From the NCBI RefSeq assembly GCF_000002075.1, contig NW_004797725.1, forward strand, positions 298,527 to 360,958: a DNA stretch of 62,432 nucleotides. Reading direction: 5' to 3'. Source of the stretch: Aplysia californica. Its lineage: Eukaryota. Positions 1-13,104 of this stretch are shown piece after piece (within the stretch, counting starts at the first letter, position 1; each line of letters begins with the position of its first letter). A program made the translations under genes and the position numbers. Under the pieces are notes generated by a model. That model was not told the origin of the DNA, ran no database searches, and worked only from the letters and a program-made list of their open reading frames with translations.

Positions 1-1
<1 letters not shown>

Positions 2-49
<48 letters not shown>
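2..49. repeat. (GA)n microsatellite
   Basis: Perfect GA run. A similar run at ~1873-1911 borders the first N-gap. Confidence 0.95.
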
Positions 50-53
<4 letters not shown>

Positions 54-1911
54 GCACCCCACTCGTTCATTCGTATTCTTCTTTTCGGGTACAACTCGTC
101 TTTTTAATCCAAATAAAAGACGGAACAAAAAGGGCTCAAGCGATTAGAAAACCGGGCATCAATGCACTTAATTTTTATTAGCATTTTTTTTCTTCCGAAA
201 AGCGTTTGAAACGTTCATGGCCACGAAGATCCGTTTGTTTCCCTGTGTCGGCTTCTCTCGCCTAACACCATGATCTACATTGATCGTCAATGAATAACGC
301 CTCAGCCCCTCAAAACGCACTCCAGGGTTTTAATTCCCCATTCGTGGGGCACCCCGGGATTGAGAGCAGATTTGTTCGTATCTGTCACGGAAATCCTATA
401 ATATAAAGCAGTCCTTCGAAGGCAGGGAAATCAATTCGATAGGGAGATTAAAAACCGAAGATCAAGGAATATTCGTCATGATTCAAATTTAATTTCCACG
501 ACTGACGTCAGTGCATGCTCTTAATCTGCTACTGTGTGTGTCAAAGTGGTGCCGTCGACATTTTTCCTGCTCTATTTAGAGGGGTCTCTCTTCGCGATTC
601 GAGTGATTCTCGAGACCGTTGAGGAGCTTGTTCTCTCGAGTGTTTCGGTCCAGCAAACAGCGGCACACAGAACAGCCCATGCCCTGCACTACACGGGCAG
701 CCATAAATCTGTTCAAGGAGTATTGTAAATATTCCAGCGTCACCAGGGCCGGCGGATCGATGAAGCGTATAAACAAAGAGATCGATCTTTATCGGCTTCG
801 ATGGGGGGGAATCGAGACTTATCGAAGAGACACCCTCCTATCATTGCTTTCAGCACTGTCATGGAGAGGAAGGCGCTTTTCCGGGCTCAACAGTCACTCT
901 GATTAGTCGTTTGGAACAGCGAAAAGAGCACGTAAGACCCACTCCCACAAAACATATTGAAAAGGCTCTTCTACGGTAGATGGTTGTGTATGCCCCATAA
1001 AATATATACAGAGTCGGGAAGTACAAAATGGTTTTTCTTGACAAGAGTCAAGACGGATAAGCGGAATAAAGGAACACAATGAGAGGTTATAATAGTGTTT
1101 GGCACAAGAGAAACACGATAAGACATAATTGGAAAACTGGTTGGGCCTAGGCCTCGCTCACAAAGCAACACAGACAACACATATACACGTATGTAGGACT
1201 AGGGCAATAGTACGATAGTTCACGGTACTGCTATGGATCCACGTACTCGAAAGTTAAGTTAGAAAATTCACAATTAAGCTGGAAGCTATAAAAACATTAA
1301 GACGATATAAACGCAAATAAATTCCCGTCATCTTCACTGAATCCACATGAAATTTAAAAATGGAGATCAGTGCCTCCATTTCAACGGTTTAGATTATATG
1401 GTTCTGTGACCAAAGCAAATGTCTTCCAAATAAATCATAAATAAAATTTTAAAAATAATAACTATCATGTACACCTCAATAACTAGGAAAGAAAAGAAAG
1501 GAAGACAAACCAGATGAGCACATAGTACTTGTACAAATAAGTAAATAATCTTCTTTTCGTTTGAGGAGGAGGGAAGGATACAAAACCTGCCAACGGTGGG
1601 TTTGGGGTCTCAAAAAATACAATGTACTGGCCAAACTCAAGAATAGTATGAGAAACGGCTACCACCACCAATAAAACGCAACAAAATCCGAACCTAAGCC
1701 TTTGTGTTGGCGACAGCGCTGCTCTAAGGCATTGACTTAGATCCCAACTGTCTCAATATAATACTAAAAATAATATACTTTAATTAAGATAAAAACAGCA
1801 CCTGGGACATGTTTAGAAATGCAATTTGACACACATATCGGTGCGTCAATGTTCGTTTTATGGCTTGGCACAAGAGAGAGGGAGGGAGAGAGAGAGAGAG
1901 AGAGAGAGAGA

Positions 1912-2903
1912 NNNNNNNNNNNNNNNNNNNNNNNNNNNNNNNNNNNNNNNNNNNNNNNNNNNNNNNNNNNNNNNNNNNNNNNNNNNNNNNNNNNNNNNNN
2001 NNNNNNNNNNNNNNNNNNNNNNNNNNNNNNNNNNNNNNNNNNNNNNNNNNNNNNNNNNNNNNNNNNNNNNNNNNNNNNNNNNNNNNNNNNNNNNNNNNNN
2101 NNNNNNNNNNNNNNNNNNNNNNNNNNNNNNNNNNNNNNNNNNNNNNNNNNNNNNNNNNNNNNNNNNNNNNNNNNNNNNNNNNNNNNNNNNNNNNNNNNNN
2201 NNNNNNNNNNNNNNNNNNNNNNNNNNNNNNNNNNNNNNNNNNNNNNNNNNNNNNNNNNNNNNNNNNNNNNNNNNNNNNNNNNNNNNNNNNNNNNNNNNNN
2301 NNNNNNNNNNNNNNNNNNNNNNNNNNNNNNNNNNNNNNNNNNNNNNNNNNNNNNNNNNNNNNNNNNNNNNNNNNNNNNNNNNNNNNNNNNNNNNNNNNNN
2401 NNNNNNNNNNNNNNNNNNNNNNNNNNNNNNNNNNNNNNNNNNNNNNNNNNNNNNNNNNNNNNNNNNNNNNNNNNNNNNNNNNNNNNNNNNNNNNNNNNNN
2501 NNNNNNNNNNNNNNNNNNNNNNNNNNNNNNNNNNNNNNNNNNNNNNNNNNNNNNNNNNNNNNNNNNNNNNNNNNNNNNNNNNNNNNNNNNNNNNNNNNNN
2601 NNNNNNNNNNNNNNNNNNNNNNNNNNNNNNNNNNNNNNNNNNNNNNNNNNNNNNNNNNNNNNNNNNNNNNNNNNNNNNNNNNNNNNNNNNNNNNNNNNNN
2701 NNNNNNNNNNNNNNNNNNNNNNNNNNNNNNNNNNNNNNNNNNNNNNNNNNNNNNNNNNNNNNNNNNNNNNNNNNNNNNNNNNNNNNNNNNNNNNNNNNNN
2801 NNNNNNNNNNNNNNNNNNNNNNNNNNNNNNNNNNNNNNNNNNNNNNNNNNNNNNNNNNNNNNNNNNNNNNNNNNNNNNNNNNNNNNNNNNNNNNNNNNNN
2901 NNN
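1912..2903. other. Assembly gap (N run); other gaps at ~12207-12306, 13783-14038, 16198-16380, 18894-18993, 21135-21304, 22564-22663, 28677-29214, 43034-43133
   Basis: Runs of N, usually bordered by microsatellites, homopolymers or repeats. Confidence 0.98.
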
Positions 2904-4014
2904 GGGGGGGTATTCCACTACAAAAGAAGTTCTGTACGACGCACATTCGTAACTCTTTGCGGTTTCACGAGATGCACGAAATAAATAAAATAAAATAAAA
3001 CGCATGGTCATGAAGAGCCGACGATGGTGTTTTCAAATGCATCGAAAATACGCAGCGAACGCAGACCGAAGTATGGAGACAAAGCTGTCTTGGGGCCAAG
3101 TTACAAGCATAGATGCCACATTCCTTACGTTATACACACACTTTCTTCCCTCACGACAGTTATTGAATTGATTTTTTAAAAGTGTTTCTATTTTGCGCAT
3201 GCCATTAGCCCAATCAGAATCTAAAGTATCTAGCTCAACAATAATGAAATGCGGACTGTCCAAGTTCAAAAATGACCCCCGGAGCATTCAACCAAGTCTG
3301 TTATATGTGGGTCATCTCTATCAGAAATGAACACTGAAGCAGAAGTACCACCCCTTATTATGTTGATTGGGGGAAAAAAAAGGGGGGGGGGGGGCAAAAA
3401 AAATCATTCCATTCAATGGCAAACCCTTCTCCTCTTTCTCATTTTCCCGGCTCTCATCCCAACTTTTCTTCCCCATTTATATTCTTTTTCTGCCCTTTCT
3501 CTTTCTCATTCTTATCGCAGACCTTTCTCTGCGACCATTAGGTAAATGATCCGTGCTTTCGAGGATTATGTTACGTATAAAACAACTGCAGTCCGGTGTA
3601 AGGACAGCACTTACAAGCCTTGTCAACCCGTGCAAGCGATCCGGGGGGCTTAAAGCCAATCCACCGATCTGCTCCCGCTGCACAGAGGCGTATCGCAGAT
3701 GTGACCCACAGTGGGTTCTCCAGTCGACTCTGACACAGTTATTTCTACTAAGTAGCGGAAACCGTTAGAGTAACACTTACCATGCCCGGTGCCGGCAGTA
3801 ACTAATGGCGGGACAACAGCCCGGCCACACATGCAGGACCGAGGGCGAGGGGCGGGCGCTGCCGGGAGGCCGGCAGACCGGCACAATGTGACGGACATCA
3901 ACCAGAACGTTTTACGTACAATAACTTATTATAAATTATAATGCAGTTGAGAAAGAGACTGAAGAGTGAGATAAAAAAGAAAAAGAAATGAAGGGTAGAT
4001 AGTAAGACACGCGT

Positions 4015-4015
<1 letters not shown>

Positions 4016-4093
<78 letters not shown>

Positions 4094-4101
4094 GGCAGAC
4101 A
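4016..4101. repeat. (GACA)n microsatellite
   Basis: About 21 GACA units. Confidence 0.95.
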
Positions 4102-4385
4102 GTGATTAAGGAGAAAAAAACAATAGTGAGATCTTCAATATTTTTCATATATTCACACTGAATAATTTATGCCATGATCAGGTAACAGGTATTCCTTATT
4201 TCAAGGTAGACAGACTATCCCTGAACTGAACAAGGACTACTGTCTGGAGCATCTTGGCCCCAACACATGTACCAATAGACCTAGAGCATTTGAAGCAAGC
4301 CATTCTGGGAATCTTTGACAACTAATATATCATGTATACTACAAAGTACTACAAGAAGTTTTGAGAAAACTCATTGCACACTCAC

Positions 4386-5157
4386 CCAGATGGTGTGGTC
4401 TCATTTCCATCATCTTCATCATTCAGATCACTGTCCTCAGCATCGTCATCATCTTCTTCAAGATCATCATCCCAACTGGGCATCTTTGAAGCAGTAACCA
4501 TCTTTTTCTCAACATTGCGGAAATTTTTCGCTGGAGCTCCATCAGCCTTTGGTCTGTGCTCTAAAGCCGACAAAACAGGCCCTGGTTTTGCCCTGCCTTT
4601 CAGATTGCTGAGTGAGTGCGCATGGCGGGGAGCAAGAGGTTTGGACGCAGGAGTTACAGGAGTTCTGCCAGATTGCTTGGTGCCCAAGGGCTTTGCTTGA
4701 GTGATTGATTTTTTGGGGTACTGTTTCTCATCTACTGACCCAGCCCTGTCAATGGAACCCTGACTCAAAGACAGTCTCTTCTCTTGAGACAATGGTTTAT
4801 TATGCAACTGTATACTAGCATTAGAACGCTCGAAAGGAGGGCGGCTAAGAGGTGGCTTGCTGGTAACCTGAGAAACAGAGCTCAAAGCAATTTCTGCATG
4901 AGAAACAGAAGAGTCAGCTTTGTTAGCACTTTCTGCTTGCTGCTCATCTGCAGTGAGTTGGCCTGATGTAAAAGATCCATTCTGGGCTTGTAAGGCTGCT
5001 GAAGATGGGGTAGTCTTGTAAGACAAATGATCAGACAAACTTGCTTTCCTATAATACAAAGTTCCAGTCAAAGTATTTGTCACTGGCATCTTTTTGAGAG
5101 AAGATATTTCCGAGACTTTAGATTGGTTGTCTGGGGTCTTCTGATATGTGGCTTCTT
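4386..5157 (-). CDS. Unidentified low-complexity protein, coding exon 2 (Ser/Lys/Pro-rich, ends in acidic tract WDDDLEEDDDDAEDSDLNDEDD)
   Basis: Acceptor ttttCAG before 5157 and donor GG|GTGAGT after 4386. The phase-1 junction from exon 1 keeps it in frame with ORF 4382..5089. 772 nt open. Confidence 0.8.
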
Positions 5158-6553
5158 CTGAAAAATGTGTAATAGTGAAGTTTGAAAACAGGTATTCTGC
5201 ATTTCAGTTGAAATGAAGCTTGTTACACATCGCAAAACATGTCAGTACAAAACTTTATGAAATGTATTGAGCTGAAATTTTCTGGTAGAAAATCGATACA
5301 TTTCTCAATTTTCCATTACAGAAAGCTATTGATCATCAAATACCCCGACAAAAAAACTACCAATAATAAGCCTTAATCTCATGAAAATGTGGTTGCAAGC
5401 TTATTTACCTAAACACACAGGTGGAGTAAATTTTAATCCTGATTTTCTCAAGAGTAAAATGGTTCTCTTCTGGAATCCTAAGAATAAATGCTGACAATAT
5501 TAATTTCAGCGCCAAAAGATCTTGCCAGGTCAGCAGTATAATGAGACACTTCACAGAAATAAGGTGTCTGAACCTGCCTCACAAATGCTACATACTACAA
5601 TGAAAAAAACCGATTGTCATACAACATGTGTAACCTCTAGAAGAATACAGATTTTCAACACAAAAACATCATGTATGTCTTGATAAATGAATTTTCAGAT
5701 GCCAAATATTAAAAAGTACCAACTTACAATATGAAAAAAGTGCTTCAGTGGAAAAAAGTATAAAATTACAATGACAACTGTGATCTCAATATGAATGGGC
5801 AAAAAATAAAACAGTTCATGGAACTTTCAACAATGCAGTAGCATTCTTTCTACTTTCGTCACATGTTTTTTGACAATTAAGAAAAGGCAAGGAGAAAACA
5901 AAACTAACATCAGGCCAATTTCTTTACAGATATCTCCAATTAAACTGCACTCCTTCCAGTGGACTTAATTCTGAAAAACTACTCATTATGACTGGCACTG
6001 GGAACAATCATAACAATCCTCTTCAAGCATGAACAAAGATAGCTATTTAATACTGATGAAACAGAACATTTTTTTTTCATCTCTAGACTCAAGAGGTTCC
6101 TGTGCTACTTTTTTTTTGCATCAGCTGTCACAGATTCCTGTCCCCCTAATTATATTTTGGATTTAGAGGAAGCCTTTCAATTTTATCCATCCTTGATTTT
6201 TAAGAAATATATAAAAAACATTTTTAAAAACTTCCATCCTTCAAGTATGTGTTTGTCCATTTATATGGAATACTTATTATGAGGGGACCAAAATGCTTTA
6301 AATATTGATCTAATTTGTCATAGAGAGATACTTGTGCCCAACTGCTTGCCTATTTAGTAGCCACATTTGAAAGTTTGAAAGTCTATTGACAGTGACATGA
6401 GGCTACTCAAAGCAATGGATACTGCTCAAAGACGTTTTTATTTTATTTTATTTTATTTTTTACTTTGGGGGTGGGTGGGGGGTGTTCACCTTAGTAGATA
6501 ATCGCATTCACTATCACCATTTGTCTATGATAAGTAATAAAAAAAAGAATTAC

Positions 6554-7568
6554 CTGCAGCGTTATTTGTTCTATTCGGTTTGTGACCATATGTGTTACCA
6601 TCCCTGTTTTCAGAAGAAGCCTTTGTCATATTGTGCGGCGGTGCAGTGTAGCAAGTGTAAGATTCAGGACTAGACTCCTTGCTTGAGACATCCTCTTTGT
6701 AAGGTTTGTTTGGACTGTAGTCTGGGTTTCTCACAGGCGGGGACACATAGCCTTGAGAAGCTGAGGTTTGGCTGGGTTTCTTAGGTAATGCTGTATCGCT
6801 GACTTTGTTGACAACACTAGATACTAAAGGAGTGGACAAAGAAGAGGAAGCTGTGCTGGCAAACTGGAACTTCGTCTTCATCATAACTTTGGATTCATTG
6901 TACTGCTTCACCGAGGATTCAGACCCAGAACTATTTTGCCTTTGTAGTTGTGAATTTGGTGCATCACTTGGAGATTGACTCTGTTTCTTGGTAAGCGATT
7001 TGTCCTTGTTTCCTCCAATTCCACTCAATGGTCTGAGGAACGAATTTCTCTGCAAAGAATGATTGGTTACATCTGTTGAGGTCTTCTCTGCAACTGTTGA
7101 AATTGTGCTTTCAACCATCTTTCTAGCCTTCTCCCCATTGATATTAGCAGCCACTTCAGTCGCACTCACAGGTCTGACGTAGGGATTAGAGGCGTTGGAA
7201 GTTCTTCTGTTCACCCCCTGGGTCAAGGCATGCTGAGGAGCTTTTGGAGTTGTTGATGTACTTTCAAGTGTGAGTATTTGGTGTGCAGCATTGATGTTGC
7301 CTGTATAGTACATCCCACTAAAATTGTAACTATTAACCCCTCCTGGATCTTTACTGATCATCCCTATGTCTCCCTGGTTAAATAGATGCACTGACTGCGT
7401 CTTAGATGTGTTGTACTTGAACATTGGCTTGTTTGCCTGTTGCCTTAGAGGCAACTGTTTCTTGAGCGACAATTCATCAAGACCAGCAGTAACCTTCATT
7501 GCCTCCTGGTTTCCATCATAGGGAATACTGCTCCTATCCATTGCATCTCGATATGCATCTGGATTCAT
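6554..7568 (-). CDS. Unidentified low-complexity protein, coding exon 1 (MNPDAYRDAMDRSS...)
   Basis: 1015-nt open exon. Acceptor ttcttttttcAG at 7640-7639 just upstream of the ATG; donor CAG|GTAATT after 6554. Candidate non-coding upstream exon donors at ~10290 (GTAAGT) and ~10705 (GTGAGT). Confidence 0.8.
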
Positions 7569-7824
7569 TTTTCCTCAATTTTATCTACTCTGACAGTATC
7601 CCACTCATATTTGCCTGAAGAGCACAGGCTAAAGGGCACTGAAAAAAGAAAAATTAAAATTCAATGCAAAAACAAGATCACTGTTTTACCCAAACAAAGA
7701 TTATAAACTATAAATAGGCTATGTCTGGGAACTAAAATAAATTGACCAGAATCTGGAAAAAACTGTCTTATAATATAAAAGGGAAAAAAGCCTTTTTCTC
7801 AAATGTGACTCCTTTCAAGATAAT

Positions 7825-8261
7825 TGTGAGGTATCGTGCTGAAATTAGGCACTCATCAAAATAATTAAATCAAAGATATCGCCAGTTTACAATTTCTATT
7901 GAATTTTGGTTCTTTCGCTCAACACCTTTGGCTTTTATGCCAATTTAAAAACAATTTTTTTGAGTGTATTTTACAGAAAAAATGTTGATTAAAGGCTTAA
8001 AAATATAAATATTCAGTTTCCAAGGACTCTCATGCTATGGAAAAATACCAAATGCTGGCAGCCATTTTCTCGCTACTTTTACCTCATAAACCAGGCAACC
8101 CCACCTTGTTCAATTGCAAATATCTCGACTTCTGTTCAAGATAGATGGGTATTTTTTTCATTGAAACATAGACAAATGAACAAGTTTTAAAATGATACCA
8201 ATAACCTCCCCTGCCCAAAAATTGAGGAGCGCCTCATTCCTCTGCGTTTTATTGTAACACA
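7825..8261. mobile_element. ~430-bp MITE family A (TGTG...CACA ends, subterminal inverted GAAATCAGGCGCTCGTCAA motifs); other copies 9154-9587, 20696-21129, 23464-23590, 23812-25070 (interrupted), 27567-27626, 49549-51571 (interrupted), 57181-57600
   Basis: The same sequence recurs eight times in both orientations with imperfect inverted ends. Superfamily not determined. Confidence 0.75.
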
Positions 8262-11131
8262 ATTTCTTAAAAAGCTGTATTTAAACTTAGTACAAGTTCC
8301 AATAATGTTGAGGATGAATATTATATCAATGAACAGCAACTTAGTCCCAAAAATATTATTGCATTGACCTTTAATTAAAAGCCACAATAATGTGGTAAGA
8401 ATAGACTTTATAGACTATTAACCTGCAAATTATCTGTTTTTTGTTTTTAAAAAATACAAAGGTTGGGAATGATTGTGAAAATGAATTCCACACATAGACA
8501 CAGTCATATAAAATGTGATAATAAAAATAAGCCTGATATAAATTCAGATGATTCAGTAGAAACACCTTGATCACCAGACTGGAGTAAGCAGAATAACAAT
8601 TTCTGATCCTTCTCCCAAATTAAAACACAAAGCCGAACAAAAGAATTCGCCAGTCAAACATAATATAATGCATACACATGGGAAAGACAAATTCAAACAT
8701 CCATAACTAGAAAAAACTTTTTTATCTCAGGATACCTCACTCCCATCTCCCCCCTCCCTATATAAATTCCTCATATTTCTATATCTTCTAGACAATATAT
8801 ATGGTAGTAAATGTAGCTTTTTGACCCCTTGTCTTTGCACATCAAAAAGGGTAAAAGTTTATCTGATGTCTCCTCTCAGAATATGCTCAACTTACTAAAC
8901 ACACCCAGTGTCTCCCTCTCTCTGTTGAGCCAACATGGAGGTAGCCATGCCTGTCAGGCATGAAAGAAGATTTTAACTTTTATGTCGCATAAGTCATTTT
9001 ATGAAGGGAAACTTCACCTAAACTTTACCCAAAAAATGTTGGCAGCATTATAACAGTAAATTTAAAGGCATAGGGTGAAACAATGCTTCTCACTCCTAAG
9101 GTAGCTCAGGTTATTATGTGATTTCCACTCCAAAGTGAAATTAACACATCATTTGTGTCACGACACAGTGGAATCAGGCACTTGTCAATTTTGGGGCATA
9201 TGGAGTTATGTATCATTTTAAAGCCAGTCCATTTGCCTTTCTTTTGATGGGAAAAAAATATGTTTATATTTCGCGTAAAAGTTACGTTGGCAATTGAAGG
9301 AGGTGGGGGGTCACGTAGCTTGAGAGGTAAAATAAGCGAGAAACAGCCGCCAAAGTTGCGTTATTTCCTTAGCTTGAAAGTCCCTGGAAACTGAAAAATT
9401 ATATCTTTTATGCCTTTAATCAGCGTTTTTCAGTAAAATCCACAAAGAAATGTGTTCTTTAAAGGGCATGAAAGGTGTTCAGCCAAAAAACAAAAATTCA
9501 GAGAAAATTCCAAAATCTACGCGGAAATGCCAGTTTCTTCACTGTCATTCTTTTGACGAGCGTCTGATTTCCCCACGCTGCATCATATTTTATAACGAAA
9601 CAGAAATGAATAAAACTTGCAAATTTTTATTTAGGCTCCTTTTCATAATTTTGCCGTGTGAGAATTGCTCACTTCCATGGAATCACTACACAGTACAGAA
9701 AAAAAGCAATGCTAAAGTGACTTGAAATTTATGCACAAAAAATATCACAACTGTAGCAAAAAGTGAAAATGTAACTTCATATTTATCATGGTATTCTTAT
9801 AAAACTCACGATATTTCATGCATGACAAGCATAAACAAGAAAAAAACAAAACCAAACCAAAACCTAAGATTTCTGTTCAAATATAAGGCCTCATGAAATA
9901 TCATCTTCTGTACAAATGAAAATGTGCGTATCTACAGAGAACTATAGATCATGTTCTATTCGTTAATAATCTAGCTGTTCAATAGCTCACAAAATTTTAT
10001 GATAAGGTGAACATTTGTTAATGACCAATCTATCATAGAATCTACCATTCCAGTTCTCTCAGTATATATCATACAGAGCCTAGATTCCAGTGCCTAGCTT
10101 ATAAACCAAAATCCATCCTCTCTATTTCTGTCCATTACAAAGTAGCCTACCAATGAGCATAAAATTGGGGTTCTAAAACACATCAAAAGTAGACCTAGGT
10201 AGCTTAATTACTTTCCAAAGGACATAACTTAACTTCAACATATCCAGCCCCAAGGCAGCTGGAGATCAACATCAAACCTCTCATACTTACTTGCTATAAC
10301 ATTGTTCTATAGACTAGAGGCTGTGCACCTCGGACACCTGCTGCGGATATTATTATAGGGGTACAATATTCAATTCTAATCTATGGCCAAGTATTACATC
10401 ATCAGCTGATGGGTTAGCATTTTGGGGGGGCAACATACAGGAGGAACAGTTAATCTATAATCCACAAAGAAGGAGCAGAGATGGGCCTTAAAATTTAAAG
10501 GGTCACGGCATGGGGCTTATTTTTCCAGATTCCAACACTTTATCACTTTTACAGAATTTGGGTATTTAACTACCACATTTCCAGATAATGATTGTTTTGG
10601 GTAGTGTTCTATATACAAAATTGTCCCTTTGCACTAAAATCTCCCCCCTTTTCCCTTTTATTTGTGCGCTGGAATGAAAGTTTGAGAAAGTAAAAATTTA
10701 CTCACAGTTCCTGAGATATTTGGATTTCAAAGCAGTTAAGCATAGATCTATATATACCCAGAATTGTAGTAGTAGATCTAGTATATATAGACTACCCGAA
10801 TTTTTTATATATTTAAAGTGAATAAAACGTAGAAATCTAGATCTAGAAATATTCCATAGATCTAGATCTACTAGATTCTACTTAGATCTAGATCTAGATC
10901 TAGTTTCGCTCTTTGACTTTGAACTCAGATATATGTCATTTTATTATAAAATATTATATTTATATTATAATGTATATAATTAAGTAGATTTCTAGCTATA
11001 GTATAGAGACTAGGCCTATACACTATAGAAGATCTAAATCTAGACCTAGATTATATCTAGTGTTTCTTAACAGCTAGGTTTCCATCTGTATTTTTGGGGG
11101 GTAGAGGGTGGGCATTTACAATGAAAATAAG

Positions 11132-11332
11132 GGGAGGACTTCTGTAACAAGCGACCACTGTGAGACATATCAGAATTGAAGGCTAGGGGTAGGGGTAGGG
11201 GTAGATATACGGGTAGGGGTAAGGGTAGGGGTACGGGTAGGGTTAGGGTTAGGGGTAGGGTTATGGTTAGGGTTCTAAGGCCTCTTCTTTATTGTGTTTG
11301 ATGGGGTGGTCGCTCGTTACAGAAGTCCTTCC
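11132..11332. mobile_element. Merlin-like MITE with internal (GGGGTA/GGGTTA)n array
   Basis: TIR GGGAGGACTTCTGTAACAAGCGACCAC / GTGGTCGCTCGTTACAGAAGTCCTTCC. 8-bp TSD AAAATAAG at 11124-11131 and 11333-11340. GG termini with an 8-bp TSD fit Merlin. Confidence 0.75.
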
Positions 11333-12166
11333 AAAATAAGAACCACAATGATAATGAAAGAAAGCAGGCTTTCATAAATGCGTTTCCTTATTACATGACA
11401 TGATTAATGAAAGGGTGGCTTTCACTTTCGTTCATTATCATGTATGTGGTTTTTATTTTCACTATACTGTGCCTGTTTCCCCACTACCCTAGGAATACGG
11501 CACGGTATGGACAAAAACTTCTCGCTAAGTAACACCCGAGTTCAAAGCTTCCAAGTCAAAAGAACTAACAAAGTATTTAAGTAACTAGATCTAGTCTAGT
11601 ACTACTATAACCATTAATTGACGCCATTGACTCTAAACCTAGATCTAGAATCTCTACATCTCTAGATCTAGAATCTAGATTCTAATCTCTATTCCTTGAC
11701 GTTGGAGGAGTGATCAACGTTGATGATTTATTACATGACATTGGGACGACAGAATGGCTGTCGCCCAACATTCCTTGTGATTATGCGTCCCCCTCATTTA
11801 ATATGAAAGTGGAGTTCATAAACATACCTACCAACAAGTGTCAACTATCCATTCAGCTTCCTTATTTTGAAAAAGACACTGAAAAAAGTTCCAATGGGGA
11901 TCTACCCCACTCCCATTGTACCGCTTTCCTCCATTCATCAACAGTGCGTATCGATGCTAAGATACAGCGGAATGCTGGAAGTCGACCAATCAAAACACAC
12001 AGAGAAATGTTATGTCACCAATGGGAAACCTCAAGATTCAAGGGCAAGTACTCTAATAAAACAGGAAAAAAATCCATCGCGCATGTTTTCTTCTGTCCCT
12101 TCTTTTTGTCCATAATAATTATTATGAACAGGAGCTGTTGTCTCTTGTGATGTGTGCCTTTCTTTT

Positions 12167-12206
<40 letters not shown>

Positions 12207-13060
12207 NNNNNNNNNNNNNNNNNNNNNNNNNNNNNNNNNNNNNNNNNNNNNNNNNNNNNNNNNNNNNNNNNNNNNNNNNNNNNNNNNNNNNNNNNNNNNN
12301 NNNNNNGGGGGGGGCGGGGGTCTCTCAGTCTGATGATCACTGAGTGACTCGACAGCAGGCCGTCTTGGTACTTCACGGACAGCAATCCCTTCGTGGAGCC
12401 TGGCAAGGGCTCGTCCCCTGTCGACGTTGCTCAGACGTCTTCTTGAAAGTTCTTGGAGGCATTGTTAAAAATCGCTTAATGTGACCGCATTAAATGCCCC
12501 TAACACCGTCAAACTCACTAAGGCATTAGTGTAGGAAGCGTGAATTCCCCTGAGTTGGTTTTTAACCCACACCACTCACTGAAAATCACGTGAGTGATTG
12601 TCAAATACAGTTTCGATTTTACGGGAAATTATCCCCCCTTTCACCCTGTCTAGGCAGCGTAAATTAACCGACATGTGTCAAACCTGTTCATTATTGTAAA
12701 TATCGATGACCCTTCCTTACAATGACATAAACTCAGTCACCTAACTTCTCAATATTTGTTTGTCACACAGTCTCAACATACTATAGTGAAAACTGTAGTG
12801 ATCCCTAACTTGCTTTGAGTAGTACTAGTAGGCCTCTATATAATTTGGAATATCATTACATGTATAATCTTTGTGTCCTACCTTTAATTAACTGCAGGGG
12901 AGCTTTCTGAACTCATCTCTTTGGAGTCTTTGTGTATAATCGGAACTGTCCAAAAGCTCCTTATTGTGCATCAAGCTGAACTTATCTAATAAATCTTACT
13001 GGTCTTCTTCTGATATTGGCTGATTCATGTTCATTCCCTTTTCATCGTGGGTGGTTGTAG

Positions 13061-13104
13061 CAAAGATTCTCTACTAGTTTACTGCATGTAGTAGAGAATC
13101 TTTG
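13061..13104. mobile_element. 44-bp ultra-short palindromic MITE, P-element-like
   Basis: 16-bp perfect TIR CAAAGATTCTCTACTA/TAGTAGAGAATCTTTG. 7-bp TSD GTTGTAG at 13054-13060 and 13105-13111. Confidence 0.75.

Noticed and set aside
1764-3011. Long ORFs full of X (also at ~12.2, 13.7, 16.2, 18.9, 21.1, 22.6, 28.7 and 43.0 kb)
   Set aside because: Artefacts of reading through N gaps and microsatellites.
11710-12150. 146-aa ORF
   Set aside because: GTG start, no recognisable motif or splice support, non-coding-like composition.
12330-12430. CTGATGA as a possible hammerhead ribozyme core (also ~18521, ~19371)
   Set aside because: No correctly placed stem II followed by GAAA and no stem I/III pairing seen.
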